64,000 nucleotides of DNA from NCBI RefSeq assembly GCF_036365525.1, contig NC_090404.1, forward strand, positions 8,308,001 through 8,372,000, given 5' to 3'. This document shows positions 37,850-51,584 of this stretch, piece by piece (positions within the stretch are counted from its first letter, which is position 1; every line of letters begins with the position of its first letter). Made by a program: the position numbers and the translations under genes. The notes under the pieces were generated by a model. The model had not been told where the DNA came from. It saw only the letters and a list, made by a program, of their open reading frames with translations, and searched no databases. The DNA comes from Heterodontus francisci (lineage: Eukaryota).

Positions 37850-39735
37850 ACAACCCGGGTTGTTGTCCCGGACAGACTTAAAATGAGGTGCCAACCTGGT
37901 GAAGCTACAACAAAGGATTACATTCACGCTAAACAGTGAAAGCAGCATGCGAGAGACAGAGTTAAATGATCCCACAACCAATGGATCAGATCAAAGCTCT
38001 GCAGACCTGCCACATGCAGTCGCCAATGGTGGTGAACATTAAACAAGTAACCCGAGGAGGAGGCTTCAAAAACATCCTCATCCTCAATGATGGGGAAGGC
38101 CAGCACCTCATTGCAAAAGACAAGACTGAAATATTTATAGCCATCTTCAGCCAGAAGTGCTGAGTGGATGATTGATTTCAGTCTCCTCCTGAGATCCCCA
38201 GCATCACGGATGCCAGTCGTCAGCTAATTCAATTAATTCCACGTGATATAAAAAAAACGGCTGAAGGCACTAGCTGCAGTCTGCAAAACTTGTGCTTCAG
38301 AACTGGCTTTACCTCGAGCCAAGTTGTTCCAGTACAGCTACAACACCTGCATCCACCCGGCAATGTGGAAAATTGTCCAGGTATGTCCTCTCCACAAAAA
38401 GCGAAACAAATCCAATCCGGCCAATTACCGCCCCATCAGCCCATTTTCAAACATCAGCAAAGTAATGGAAGGGTTCATTAGCATGCTCAGTTTGGGTTCA
38501 GCCAGGGCCACTCGGCTCCAGACCTCATTACGGCCTGGGTATAAACATGGACAAAACAGCATGATTTCCAGAGGTGAGGTGGGAGCCCTTGACATCAAGG
38601 CAGCATTTGACTGAGTGTAGTATCAAAGAACCCTAGCCAAATTGAAGTCAATGGGAATCAGGGGCAAAATACTGCACCGGTTATAGTCATACCCAGCACA
38701 ATGGTTGTGGGTTGTTAGAGGTCAATCATATCAGCCTCAGAAAATCATTGCAGGAGCTCCTCAGTGTAGTGTCCTAGGCCCGACCATCTTCAGTTGCTTC
38801 AGCAATTAATTTCTGCCCATCATAAGGTCTGAAGTGCGTATGTTCACTGATGATTACAGTGTTCAGCACCATTCATGTCTCCTCAGATATTGAAGCAGTC
38901 TGTGCCCGCATGCAGCAAGATCTAGACAACATTCAAGCTTGAGTTGATAAGTGGCAAGTAACAGTGGCGTCACACAAGTGCCAGGCAATGACCGTACCCA
39001 ACAAGAGAGAATCTAACCATCTCCCCTTGACATTCAATAACATCACCATTTCTGAATCTTCCACCATCAACATCCTGGGAGTTAACATTAACAGGAAACG
39101 TAACTGGATCAGACATATAAACATCATGGATAAAAGAGCAGGTCAGAGGCTGGGAATTCTACAGTGAGTAACTCACTTTCTGACTTCCCAAAGCCTTTCT
39201 ACAAGGTACATGTCAGGAGTTTGATGTAATACTCATTACTTTCCTGAATGAGTGCAGCTCCAAAAATCTCAAGCAGCTCGACACCATCCAGGACAAAGCA
39301 GCCTGCTCGATCAGCACCCCGTCCAGCACCTTAATCATTCACTCCTTCCACCACTGGTGCAAACTGGCAGCAGTGTGTATCATCAACAAGATGCAGTGCA
39401 GCAACTCACCTCGTCCTCTTCGCCAGGACCTTCCAAACCCGCCACCTCTGCCACCTAAAAGTACAGGGGCAGCAGACGCATGGGAAGACCACCAGCTCCA
39501 TGTTCCCCTTCATACCATACACTATCCTGACTTCGAACTATATCGCCGTTCCTTCAGTGTCTCTGGGTCAAAATCCTGGAACTCCTCTCTTAACAGCACT
39601 GTGGAGGCACCGACACCCAATGGACTGCAGCGGTTCAAGGAGGCAGCTCACCACCACCTTCTCAAGGGCGATTAGGGATGGGCAATAAATGCTGGTCTTG
39701 CCAGAGATTCTCACACCCCATGAAAGAATAAAAAG
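37850..39735 (+). mobile_element. Decayed CR1/L2-type LINE (family of 3335-6040)
   Basis: NYRPIS, LDIKAAFD and LQRFKEAAHHHLLKG motifs. Confidence 0.85.
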
Positions 39736-40520
39736 AAAGACCGCGGGTGTCCTGTTCAGCGAGAGAATCTATGAGCAGATTGGAGACGGAATGCAGAACA
39801 TCACAGGAGGTGGAGACTGGTCACCAACCATAGACGGAGTGAACCAAAGAGATGGAAAGAAGAAACTCTACTGGTCCCCGTGGAAACAGATGAACAATAA
39901 ATGTAACCCCTAGAGTGATAAACCACGATGACGAAAATGCATTTTTAAAATAGAAAGGGGGAGACCTTTATTTGGACAGCGCCTTTCACGGCCTCGGGAC
40001 ATCCAAAAGCGTCTTATAGTTAAGGAAATACGTTTTAGGTGTAGTCGCTGTTCCAAGGCTGGAAATATTATTTACACAGAGAGAGGTGAGAATATTTAAT
40101 TCTCTGAGCGAACGTTTTGTCAATCTGACTCTTGTGGATGTGAAGGGATTTGGAAATCCAGATACTTTCCAGATAATTCCAATTGATCATCAATAATAAA
40201 ACAATATCAGGTCGCAAACAATTGATACAATTGTCTGCCTGTCTGTCTGTTTATAACACATTGAAATACCGTTCCGAACGGAAGAGTTGTTATTCTTCTT
40301 CTTCAGACTATACAGTGACATTGGATTCATGAAAAACATTGATTGCAACAGTTCACTGTCTCAGTCAACCGTGCCGTAACACCTGTAATTTACTCTATCT
40401 GTAAATACACCGCCGTCTGCGGTATTACCACACAAAAGTATTGCCTGTAATCTCCAGCTGTCACCTGTGAAACCACTAAACTGACGGCTTGGTAACGTTT
40501 GGCCAAAGGTGAGGGGCTGG

Positions 40521-40535
40521 AGCGCCATCTAGTGG
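40521..40535 (-). promoter_or_regulatory. CTCF motif
   Basis: Minus strand CCACTAGATGGCGCT matches the CTCF core consensus. Confidence 0.65.
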
Positions 40536-41454
40536 CGTCAGGCGGTAAACGGAATCCGACCTCTGAAACATTTGTATTCTCAATTTTTCAGGGAAACTGA
40601 TGCAGATCAACATGAACTATTATGTTACAGTACTATAGTTGTCATTGTTTTACTTTTATTATTATTGTAACTTCTGTCATTTTATTGGTTTGCAGTTACG
40701 ACCGTTGCCATTTTATATTAATTCTGAGATTTCTTGTCTCAGATTTCTGGTCTGTTCACGTCACTAACACATTACACGCGCATTTGCAGACATTGGAAGG
40801 ACTTCGCGTTAATAATTCCTCAGTTCATATGATTGGATTTATAATTTGCTAGGCATAGAAGTCTTTCAACCTCTCGAATCATCAAGTACGAAGATCAAGC
40901 AACATTCAGTAACTCCATGACGTGAAGGTGATTCATATTTTGCCTTTGAGGTTTAATCTGTATGTTGAATCAGACTATATAATATATATATATATATATA
41001 TATATTATATAGTCTGATATATATATATAATGTATATATATAATGTAAATCAATTTGATTGCATATCAAACAATACCAGTCGGGAACATCAGCACTTGAG
41101 AAGAGAGCAAAGCTCCCTGTGCACTGTCCAATGTCACACTCCCAGGACAGGTACAGCACGGGTTAAATACAGAGTAAAGCTCCCTCTACACTGCCCCATC
41201 AAACACTCCCCCAGGGCAGGTACAGCACAACATAATATACAGAGAGCTTCTGCCTGGAGCGGGCCCGATGAGGCATAACATGGTAAAGAAATAGATGTAA
41301 TTGCAAGTAAACGGTAAATATTATTTCATTATGTTAAAATAATGACTCCGATAATATTGTTGCTCGTTTTAATTACATTATTTTGGCTTTTACTTGTATC
41401 ACACACGCGCTGGAAACCATAAACTGGTCCTCTCCTCAGTGCTCATGCCCAGTG

Positions 41455-41774
41455 AGTTATTGTACAGAGTCCTCGTTACTTTATTTCACCGTGTCTCACT
41501 GCACTGTAATACACCGCAGCGTCTGACAGCCGAGTCGTGTTTACCGTAAGAGTAGTGAAGCCCTTCTCCCTATCCACAGATATTTTAAACCTTCCCTCAA
41601 CTCTCTCATCGCCGAATGTGGAGAGGAGATACTGGGGAGCTTGATTGGAGAACTGCCGGTACCAGAATATAGAATCAGCTGTAGTGAAAGTAGCGTTGTG
41701 ATGAAGTGAAATGGTTTGTCCTTCGGTTCCTTGATGCACCGACATCTGGAATGTCTCCGAGTGACAAGGAACAG
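41455..41774 (-). pseudogene. TRAV: TCR alpha/delta-type V exon plus 23-RSS; open frame but both canonical Cys lost
   Basis: WYRQ...APQYLL...GRF...DAAVYYSAVR; RSS CACGGTG(41493-41487)-23-ACAATAACT; no intact leader found. Confidence 0.8.
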
Positions 41775-42244
41775 CTGTTAAAGCAAGATCAATAATTAAC
41801 AAAATGATAAATACAAAGAGAACTAAATACTGTGTGGTTGATACTGAGACAATGGACTAATCTACGCATTGTCTATCTATCTATCTGTCGGTCTTTCCAT
41901 CACTATATCTATTTATCTATCTAGTCACCTATCTATATCTATCTCTCTATCTATATATATTAATCTACCCCCACCTTGCGCTATTTATCTATCCATCTCA
42001 GTGTGTGTGATGCAATTCCATGACTTTCTATCTATTTACTCTGTATTTTGCCCAACCAAACACACACTATCTCAGTTAACATATTTCGATGCACTGTATC
42101 TGAAGTAACAGCGCTAGGATATTGTAACTTTATCCAGATGGAAGTTCAAACACGGGTCAATAACATTTCTGAATATCACCAACACTTCTAAATGACTTGG
42201 TTTGGGGAAAGGTGAACCGTGCATCGGAGACACGGCAGCAAACA

Positions 42245-42712
42245 AGATATTGTGCATCTGGATGTGCTCTTTGACTCACTGTGTCCCCACGGCACAGTGA
42301 TATAGTCCGGCGTCCTGGGCCTCGGTGCCATCTATAGAAATGGTGTTGGACTTCTTTACTCGGTCCAAGGACAGTGTGTAGCGTCCAGTAGTCTCAGTCC
42401 CCTGGTATATGGAGCTGATAAATGTCGGTGCCCCTGTCAGTGTTTGTCTGTACCAGCCTACTCTATCGCCAGCAGCAATGGAGAGCCGGCAGTCCAGTTC
42501 AACCCGTTCCCCTTCCCGAGAAACCACCTGCTCAGGGTGTGAACTCTGATCCTCACACTGAACGGCTGTGAACAAAAACAAAATCACTCAACAACCACAA
42601 GGTATTAAGAGATTGGTGAAACAGGGTGTCTGATCAGATAAATAAACTCACACAACATCAACAGCACCAGAACTCCAACTGGAACCAGGTTTTTGCGGAA
42701 GTTTCTGTTCAT
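42245..42712 (-). CDS. TRAV: Intact TCR alpha/delta-type V gene (leader 42712-42652, V exon 42565-42284, 23-RSS)
   Basis: Leader MNRNFRKNLVPVGVLVLLML with GTGAGT donor; ELDC...GWYRQ...DAGLYHC; RSS CACAGTG-23-ACAATATCT. Confidence 0.88.
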
Positions 42713-44796
42713 GACGGTGAAGATGGACAAAAGGCGGATCAATCAGGGTCTGATTATCCAGACTGGGTCTTGCTGCCGAGTCCCAGACTCTCAATGGTGA
42801 GGAGGGGGAGGAGCGGGGAAAGCTTTACATTCTCCTCGTACAGGGTGAGACTGATGGGCGGCATTCACCAATCGGACAGCAGGGGATGTCGTCACCCGAT
42901 GTTATTCACTGTGGCTCTCGGGGATTGGCTGTTTGTCAAACCTTAGACCTCTTGAACCATCGCTGGGAAAGAATATCACTTGTCGCTGTATAGCAACAGG
43001 TTAAATTGTTCAGGAAGATTTGATCTGAGTCGTCTTTCTAACTCAAAATGTCATTCTTGGTCTTGGAATCGTAAACATTGACACCAAAAAGAGAGAGGCC
43101 ACTCGGCCCACCACCCTTTTGCTGCCTCTGTGAAAGAGCTGTCCACACAGAAGCAATTATCCGCCTGTTCAATACATCATATGTTTAAAAAAAATATTTT
43201 CACTTTTCAAACTTTTATCCACTTGGCTCTTAAACCTTCCCATAGATTATGTTTCCATCACTGTTTCTCGTTGGGTCATCTCATCCCCTAACAAACCTTC
43301 GCTGAAAAATACAGCAATTTACTGAACTCTCTCTGCGTTCAGTTAGTGCTGATCCGAAATGTCGTTTTTCAGTTATCCACTGAACGGCCAGTCGTGCTAA
43401 CTGTGTCTAGTTTTCACCTTTTCCTCAACCTTCCTAATTGTCTGTCACACCACTTCTGCTCTGGTGAGAAGATCCTCAATTCCTTCAGTCTCCACTCAAA
43501 AATATCATCTCTCACTCCTGTTTCATCTTTTGGAATCTGTCCCGCACCCTCTCCATGAATTTCACATCTTTCTAAAGAAGGGATGGAAACCTGGATCAAA
43601 TATTCGAACTGTGGCCTCGCCAATGATGTGTACAAATTTATCATCATTTCTGCATATTTTAAAATCCCTGCTCCTCTTTATAAACTTTGGATTCTTGAAA
43701 CCCTTCGCAGCATCAGGAGCTTGTTCCCCACTTTCTGTGTCTGAACCTCGAATTCTCTGCCCTCCTTTCCTCATTTAAATTAATATTTCGTTATTCCATA
43801 TTTGTCTACATTACATTTATCATAGCGTCCGTATGGTCTTTTTGGTTTGAGACTATATTGCATGAGACAAACAGAAACATAAGTTTTGTTTATACTTTAA
43901 ACCCATTACCCCTGTTGTACTTTTGACAAAGTCTGATTGTCCTGTGCCTGCGTGAATCTTCCTAATGGGGCAGGCGCGCCGCCTAGTGCCCATTTCGGGT
44001 AAATTTTGTCCGTTGAATTTGTTGAACCCAGCCCCTGAAGTATTTGCATTTCTTCTATTTTTTACTCATGAGAGGTTGTTTACTACTGATGGAAATTCAC
44101 CTCACACGAAGTGAATATTGCAGTCAACTCCACTTTGATTTACTTGATTTGACATGACACTAAATACAAGAATGAAATGAAATGAACACGACATAAAATG
44201 TTGCATTTTAAATTAGTTCCAGAATATGGGCACCTCTGGCAAGACCGGAAATTACTGAGCATTCTTAGTTCTCCTGGCGTCTCTCTGCAACTACGTAAGT
44301 GAGTTTTTAACAAAATGGCACCAGCATATTTGATGTATAGCAGGGAAATCACGGCTGCCGGGTAACCTCAGCCACACCGGATTCATGCAAGTATATCTTG
44401 TATATATCCTGGAACTTGCTGCCAGGGGAGGTGGTGGAAGCAGATAAGATAGCGACGTTTAAGAGACATCTTGACAAATACATGAATAGGAAGGGAATAG
44501 AGGGATATGGGCCCCGGAAGTGCAGACGGTGTTAGTTTAGGCAGGCATCAAGATCGGCGCAGGCTTGGAGGGCCGAATGGCCTGTTCCTGTGCTGTACTG
44601 TTCTTTGTTACAGTCGCGACACCATTAACCTTTCCTTAACCCCTTAGGTTTTTGATGAAATGACACAAAATGCCACGACCATTCAGATTGTTTTCTAAAG
44701 GGAGAGTAAAGATGCTGATGATGAAAATCCTGAACTCGATTATTGAAGACGGCAAGTTATCCTAAAGGAGCTCTCACCATTTGTACAAATGTTAAT

Positions 44797-45064
44797 CTTC
44801 CCACAATAATGTACTCTGGAGCCTCGATTTCCTGCACATTGAAAATATTATAACCTCTCTTTCTACCAACAAATACTCCGAACCGTCCGCTCCGCAGGTT
44901 GCGTTAACCGAATATAATATAAATTCCGGTGCCTGTCCAGTAATTGCTGCTACCACATAATCCTGTTACTGCCAACTGGTGGCTGCATCGCGTCAGATTT
45001 GAACCACTTGTCCTTTCGCAGTCGACACCTGCTCAGTTTGGGATATCCCCTCCTCACCACGGAC
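44797..45064 (-). pseudogene. Decayed TCR V pseudogene (not in the ORF track)
   Basis: Fragments ISQTEQVSTAKGQVVQI / NRIMW*QQ / GQAPEFIL / GRFGVFVGRKRGYN / YCGK; resembles the 42.3-kb V. Confidence 0.6.
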
Positions 45065-45782
45065 TTAATACAAGACCAACATGCAACAATCTCAACAGCT
45101 TTATTTCCAACCCAGTATTCTTAAGTCAGAAAAGCCCCATGAGAATAAAAACGCGAATATCCCAGCTGAATTCATCATATTTCAGGAAATTGGTTGTAAA
45201 ATCACGTTGATATCAATGGTCTGAAAATCCAACTGCCTGGTTTATCAATTCAGTAAGCAGTGTTTAAATTTACCAGCGATCGCTTTCGCCAGCCGCCACT
45301 TCGTTCTTCAGCATCTAATAATCAAAGGGCTGACGTGTTTCTCACCGACACGCCCAATATTCGGAGTGGTTGGACTTTGTAAAGGTCAAAAGCGATTGGT
45401 GTCTATTCACTCTGATGGGGGAATCGGGTCTTTGTAATGGGTCTGAAGCAATCACTTGACTCTGTGGGACTCAGTGTTAAAGTCCTTTCAGGCAAAGGGG
45501 ATAAAGGCCTCCCTTTCTACTGGGGCTGACCGAGGTGAGCAGTGTCTCAAACAGATTGCCCAATTAGATACCCGGGGACACTAGGGAAAAATGAACATTA
45601 ATGGTGACGCTGGATGGGCGTTACTAGATGAGATGAGAGAATATTGTGGTGGATGAAACTTAAACCAGAGAGGTATAAGTACAAGGGATGTTCACATTGG
45701 CAGGATCAGATGGATTTGATATCTGTTGGCATTGGTTGTTTAATATCAGCATTCATCTGTACAGCGCCCGGACAATACATCT

Positions 45783-46131
45783 TTTTTTTTTAGAGATACA
45801 GCACTGAAACAGGCCCTTCGGCCCACCGAGTCTGTGCCGACCATCAACCACCCATTTATACTAATCCTACACTAATTCCATATTCCTACCACATCCCCAC
45901 CTGTCCCTATATTTCTCCACCACCTACCTATACTAGGGGCAATTTATAATAGCCAATTTACCTACCAACCTGCAAGTCTTTTGGCATGTGAGAGGAAACC
46001 GGAGCACCCGGAGGAAACCCACGCAGACACAGAGAAAACTTGCAAACTCCACACAGGCAGTACTCAGAATTGAACCCGGGTCCCTGGAGCTGTGAGGCTG
46101 CGGTGCTAAGCACTGCGCCACTGTGCCGCCC
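45783..46131 (-). mobile_element. Full-length HE1-type SINE
   Basis: Near-identical to 1016-1361. Confidence 0.85.
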
Positions 46132-46234
46132 ATCTGCGAGGAAACGATTCAATAATAACCTACCCATTGAAAATGATATAACTTCGCTTCTCCAAAAGAT
46201 CCGCATTACTTCCAGATTCGCGAAAGCATTTCAT

Positions 46235-47460
46235 AGAGTCATAGAACCATTTACAGCTTAGAAGGAGTCCATTCTGCCCATCAAGTCCATGCTAACTCTC
46301 CGTCGAGCAATCCAGTCAGGCCCACTCCCCCTCTCGATCCCGTGTCCCTGCAAGTTTATTTCCTTCAAGTGTGGAACGAATTCCCTTTTGAAATAATTGA
46401 TGGTCTCCGCTTCCACCACCCTTATGGGCAGCGAGTTCCATGTAATTACCACTCGTTAGGTAAAAATGTTTTCCCTCATATTCCCAGAGTCTCTTGCCAC
46501 AGATCTTCAATCTTTCTCCCCTAGTCCTTTTACCATCAGTTACTGAGAACAGTTTTTCCTTGTCTGACTTTTCTAAACCTTTTATAAATTTTGCACAACC
46601 CGATCAACCTCCCCCTACCCCCAAACTTCGTTGCTCCCGGGAGAACAACGCCAGATTTTTCTAACCTTGTGACTAAAATTTCCCCATTCCTGGAACCATT
46701 CTGGTAAATCTCTTTTGCACCCTCTCAAGGACCCTCAAATCCTCCAGAAATTGTAGTGACCAGAACTGGACACAATACTCTAGTTCGGGCCAGACAGAGC
46801 TTTGTAAAGGTCCAGCATAACTTCCCTGCTTTTGTACTCTATGCCTCCGTTTATGAAGCCCAAGATCCCATTTGCTTTACTAACCACACTCCTAGTGTAT
46901 CCTCCTACCTTCAAAACAGATGCACATGCACCCCCAAGCCCCGCTGTCCCTGTACACTCTTTAGAAATGCGACATTATGACTATATTGCCTCAGCCTATC
47001 CGCTCTGCCTAAATGCATCACCTCATACGTATCAGTATTAAATTCCATCTGCCACTCGTTTGCCCATTCTGCTGTTGCAGGCGTTCCGTACAATCCTCAC
47101 TCCACCAATTTTGGTATCGTCGGCAAATTTTGAAATTCTACACTGTATTCCAAGACATTGGAATCCAAGTCATTTATATCTAAGCAAAAAAGGCAGTGGT
47201 CCCAGCGCTGACCCCGAAACCATTTACCACAACTCGCTGTTTTCTGTTCCGGTGAAGGGTCACTGACCCGAAACGTTAACTCTGCTTCTCTTTCCACAGA
47301 TGCTGCCAGACCTGCTGAGTGGTTCCAGCATTTCTTGTTTTTATATTCGCTGTTTTCTGTCCTTAACCTATTTTATTTTACCCAACTGGGCCTTTTATTC
47401 CATGAGCCTCAATTTTGTTAACCAGCCTTTTATCAAACAGAGTTACTTCATTAGCCTCCA
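46235..47460 (-). mobile_element. CR1-clade LINE fragment
   Basis: WQMEFN, EVMHLGR and WNSLP motifs. Confidence 0.75.
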
Positions 47461-47934
47461 ATCTCTTCACTACTGAGCTGGCATTATACTATTGGGGTAG
47501 AGGTCGGTTTCCATAAAATCCCAACCAATTCCAAATTTTAATTATAAATAAGAAATGTATTTATTTCGAAACTGCAAACTTGATATGACAATCTCATTTA
47601 CAATTAGGTAATGTTTGAACTTGTTCAAGAATAAGCGGACAATGTTATATCAATGAGAATCAAACTGAGGTGAAAATGAAGCTTTTGTTAATTTATGCTA
47701 AAAGTAATGTCAGTTTGTATTGGTTGATGCAACGGGAGCGGCGTTGGGGAAAGCGATGTACCAGCGCCAGCCGGGAAATCACTGAATTCAAAATTACCTC
47801 TGACAGTTATTGAATAATTATGTCACAGACTGATTATTATAACTATTAATATTATACACTTTACTTCATATGGCTATATGCATGGAATTAATGCCAACTT
47901 CATTTATATCTTGGAAGTTCCTTTTATTCATTTT

Positions 47935-49520
47935 TAAAATTCATTCATGGGATGTGGACGTCACTGGCTAGGCCAGCATTTATTGCCCATCCCTAATTGC
48001 CCTTGCGAAGGTGGTGGTGAGCTGACTTCTTGAACCGCTGCAGTCCATTTGGGGTAGATACACCCACAGTGCTGTTAGGAAGGGAGTTCCAGGATTTTTC
48101 CCCGGGGACAATGAAGGGACGGCGATATAGTTCCAAGTCAGGATGGTGTGTGACTTGGAGGGGAACTTGCAGGTGTTGGTGTTCCCATGCACTTGCTGCC
48201 CTTGTCCTTCTAGTTGGTAGAGGTCGCAGGTTTGGAAAGTGCTGTCAAAGGAGCCTTGGTGAGTTGTTGCAGTGCATCTTGTAGATGGTACACACTGCTG
48301 CCACTGTGCATCGGTGGTGGAGGGAGTGAATGTTTGTAGATGGGATGCCAATCAAGCGGGCTGCTTTGTCCTGGTTGGTGTCAAGCTTCCTGAGTGTTGT
48401 TGGAGCTGCACCCATCCAGGCAAGTGGAGAGCATTCCATCATACTCCTGACTTGTGCCTTGTAGATGGTGGATAGGCTTTGGGGAGTCAGGAGGTGAGTT
48501 ACCCGCTGCAGGATTCCTGCCTCTGACCTGCTCTTGTAGCCACGGTATTTATGTGGCTACTTCAGTTCAGTTTCTGGTCAATGGTAGCCCCTAGGATGTT
48601 GATAGTGGGGGATTCAGCGATGGTAATGCCATTGAATATCAATGGGAGATGGTTAGATTCTCTCTTGTTGGAGATGGTCATTGCCTGGCAGTTGTGTGGC
48701 GCGAATGTTACTTGCCACTTATCAGCTCAAGCCTGCATATTGTCCAAGTCTTGTTGCATTTCAACATGGACTGCTTCAGTATCTGAGGAGTCACGAATGG
48801 TGCTGAACATGGTGCAATCATCAGCGAACATTCCCATTTCTGACATTACGATTGAAGGAAGGTCATTGATGAAGCAGCTGAAGATGGATGGGCCTCGGAC
48901 ACTACCTTGAGGAACTCCTGCAGTGATGTCCTGGAGCTCAGATGATTGACCTCCAACAACCACAACTATCGTCCATTGCACTTGGTATGACTCCATCCAG
49001 CGGAGGGTTTTCCCTCTGATTCCCACTGACTTCAGTTTTGCTAGGGCTCCTTGATGCCATACTCGGTCAAATGCTGCCTTGATATCAAGGGCAGTCACTC
49101 TCACCGCACCTCTTGAGTTCAGCTCTTTTGTCCATGTTTGAACCAAGGCTGTAATGAGGTCAGGAGCTGAATGGCTCTGGCGGAACCCAAACTGAGCGTC
49201 ATTGAACAGGTTATTGCTAAACAAGTGCCGCTTGATGGCACTGTTGATGACACCTTCCATCACTTTACTGATTATTGAGAGTAGGCTGTTGTGGCGGTAA
49301 TTGGCCGGGTTGGACTTGTCCTGCTTTTTGTGTACAGGACATACCTGTACACATTTCCGGGTAGATGCCAGTGTTGTAACTGTACTGGGACAGATTGGCT
49401 CGGGGCGTGGCTAGTTCTGAAGCACAAGTCTTCAGTACTATTGCCGGCATGTTGTCACGACCTTTGCAATATCCAGTGCCTTCAGCCGTTTCTTGATATC
49501 ATGTGGAGTGAATCGGATTG
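47935..49520 (-). mobile_element. CR1/L2-type LINE fragment
   Basis: QFGFR, LDIKAAFDRVWH, GVPQGS and FADDC motifs; homologous to 3335-4940. Confidence 0.85.
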
Positions 49521-49555
49521 GTGTGCTATAACAATTGTGTGGTCTAAACAAGGTT

Positions 49556-50006
49556 CTCTAAGTATTGATCTTGCTGCTCGGTGAGTCTATGTTTAAATGG
49601 TCAGCGTGTCATCCAGGGGTTAAATTTATTCACTGACTTTTGAAACATTCTACATTTGTGTTCCAGGAACGAGTAGCGGACATTCAGTATCCCAGAATCC
49701 ATTTGAATTACCAGTTCAGGAAGGATAGTGCACAATATTGGACTGTAGTTACTCGACAACCGACACTACCCCAACTCTGTTCTGGTACATTCGACATCAC
49801 CGGGAAGCTCCGAGATATTTACTGAAGAAATATAGCTCGGAAATTGAAGATAAGACTCCAGATTTCCCAGACAGGGTTTCTGCTGTTTTGCACAAAGGAA
49901 ACAGCACGGTACCCTGAAATATCGCCGGAGCTCTTCTCTCCGACACCGCTGTGTATTTCTGAATCCCACACTGCTGCAGAGATAGAACGGATCCTGGACA
50001 AAAACT
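49556..50006 (+). pseudogene. TCR V pseudogene (paralog of the 51.1-kb V); leader truncated by the LINE
   Basis: Leader remnant with GTGAGT donor; frameshifted V; Cys codon lost; RSS CACACTG(49967)-24-ACAAAAACT. Confidence 0.8.
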
Positions 50007-50030
50007 CACACTGAGATTTCCAGTTAGTGG

Positions 50031-50045
50031 TCAGCAGGGGGCGCC
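50031..50045 (+). promoter_or_regulatory. RSS-associated CTCF motif
   Basis: TCAGCAGGGGGCGCC, 24 bp after the nonamer. Confidence 0.6.
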
Positions 50046-51075
50046 CTCACAGCGATAAAGAGAAACAATAACTCCCCCTCCTCAGTGAGAGTCACAGGCA
50101 CCTTCTTAAAAGATCAAAGCAAAATTGTGCTGCATCTGTCTGTCCGTTTGGAATCTTCAGTTTGTTTTCTCGGCCCTCCTGGAAAGAATTGGGTGACAGT
50201 TTGATCCGACATTAATTCGGTTTCCTCTTGCTGTGGGTCTGAGCGCCTGACGCCTCAAATTGCTGAAAAATGTTGTTGTACAATTATGTCGCATTCTCTT
50301 TGTTCTTATTATTACAATTATTATATACTTCAATGCAGTTGAACATATGCTCGGAGTTAATATCAAATTCAGTTTAATCCTGGTGGTTCCCTTTCTATAT
50401 TTTTAATATTCCAGACATAATGGTTAAATTATACTCAATTTAGACAATATGAAAGGACAGTGCTCACGATAAGATGCAGTTTCTTAAATGACCATGCATA
50501 GAATGGATGCAAATATGACTCTTGATTCACGCCTATGCTATATCTAGTAGCATTTTAATGTAACTGCTTCTATTTTTAATTCATCTTTGTGTTTTTGTTA
50601 TTATATCCTCTATCATAGCTGTTCCTATTAATGAAACACTTTGGGGAACTCTTTGAAACAATGGAAATTGGATTTTCTACACTCTTCACTGCTCATGAAA
50701 CATGGTAGAAAGAGACTGGGCAGAGAAACGGAGAGAGAGGCTCAGAGACACAGAGAGGGGAGATAGAGATTCAGTGAGTCCGAATGATAGCGAGACAGAC
50801 AGATCCGAGACGGAGAGAAAGCTGAAGATACGGAGAAAGGCATAAGGAGAAAGAGAAGCAGTCGGAGGAAGTAACTGGTCTGTAACTGCCGCTCATTGGA
50901 GCCCAAATGTTATCAGTTCTGAGAGAGCAGCCAATCCTGTCCCTGGGAAACGCCCCTGAGATTCTCAATAAGCGAAATCTCTCTCTGATCTCAATTTACT
51001 CTTTAACATCAGACTAGAAAGGTGAACATATTTAAAACATTCTGTTATTTCCTGTGGAACTCTAAACCAGACACC

Positions 51076-51545
51076 ATGTGCTCTCCATGTTACTTACTAA
51101 TAATATTGGTCCTACTGCCCGGTGAGTCTATTTTTAAATGGTTAGTGTCTGTTCCTGGGTTATATTCACTCTCAGGTTTTTTTTTTAATGCATTCTGTGT
51201 TTTGTTACAGGAACCAATGGAGAAGACTCAGTGTCCCAGGATCCTCCTGAATTAACGGTCCTGGAAGGACGGACCGTAATACTGAACTGCAGTTACTCGA
51301 CAGCTGGTTCAACTCTGTTTTGGTACATCCAGTATCCCGGCGAAGCTCCGAGATATTTATTGAAGAAATACAGCACGGCGATGGGAGCTACAGATTTCCC
51401 ACAGAGGTTCTCTGCTGTTTTACACAAAGAAAACAAAACGGTTCCTTTAAGTATCGGCGGGGTTCTTCTCTCCGACACCGCCGTGTATTTCTGTGCCATG
51501 AACCCCACACTGCTGCAGAGATATAGCGGATCCCGTACAAAAACC
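51076..51545 (+). CDS. TRAV: Intact TCR alpha/delta V gene (leader 51076-51121, V exon 51211-51505, RSS)
   Basis: Leader MCSPCYLLIILVLLP; ILNCSY...LFWYIQYPGEAPRYLL...DTAVYFCAM; RSS CACACTG-24-ACAAAAACC. Confidence 0.9.
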
Positions 51546-51569
51546 CACATTGAGAGTTCCAGTTAGTGT

Positions 51570-51584
51570 TCACCAGAGGGCGCT
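51570..51584 (+). promoter_or_regulatory. RSS-associated CTCF motif
   Basis: TCACCAGAGGGCGCT, 24 bp after the nonamer. Confidence 0.6.

Noticed and set aside
50007-50075. Second heptamer-like CAC motifs just after the RSS nonamers (tandem RSS?)
   Set aside because: No nonamer at 12/23 spacing; the best case has a 10-nt spacer
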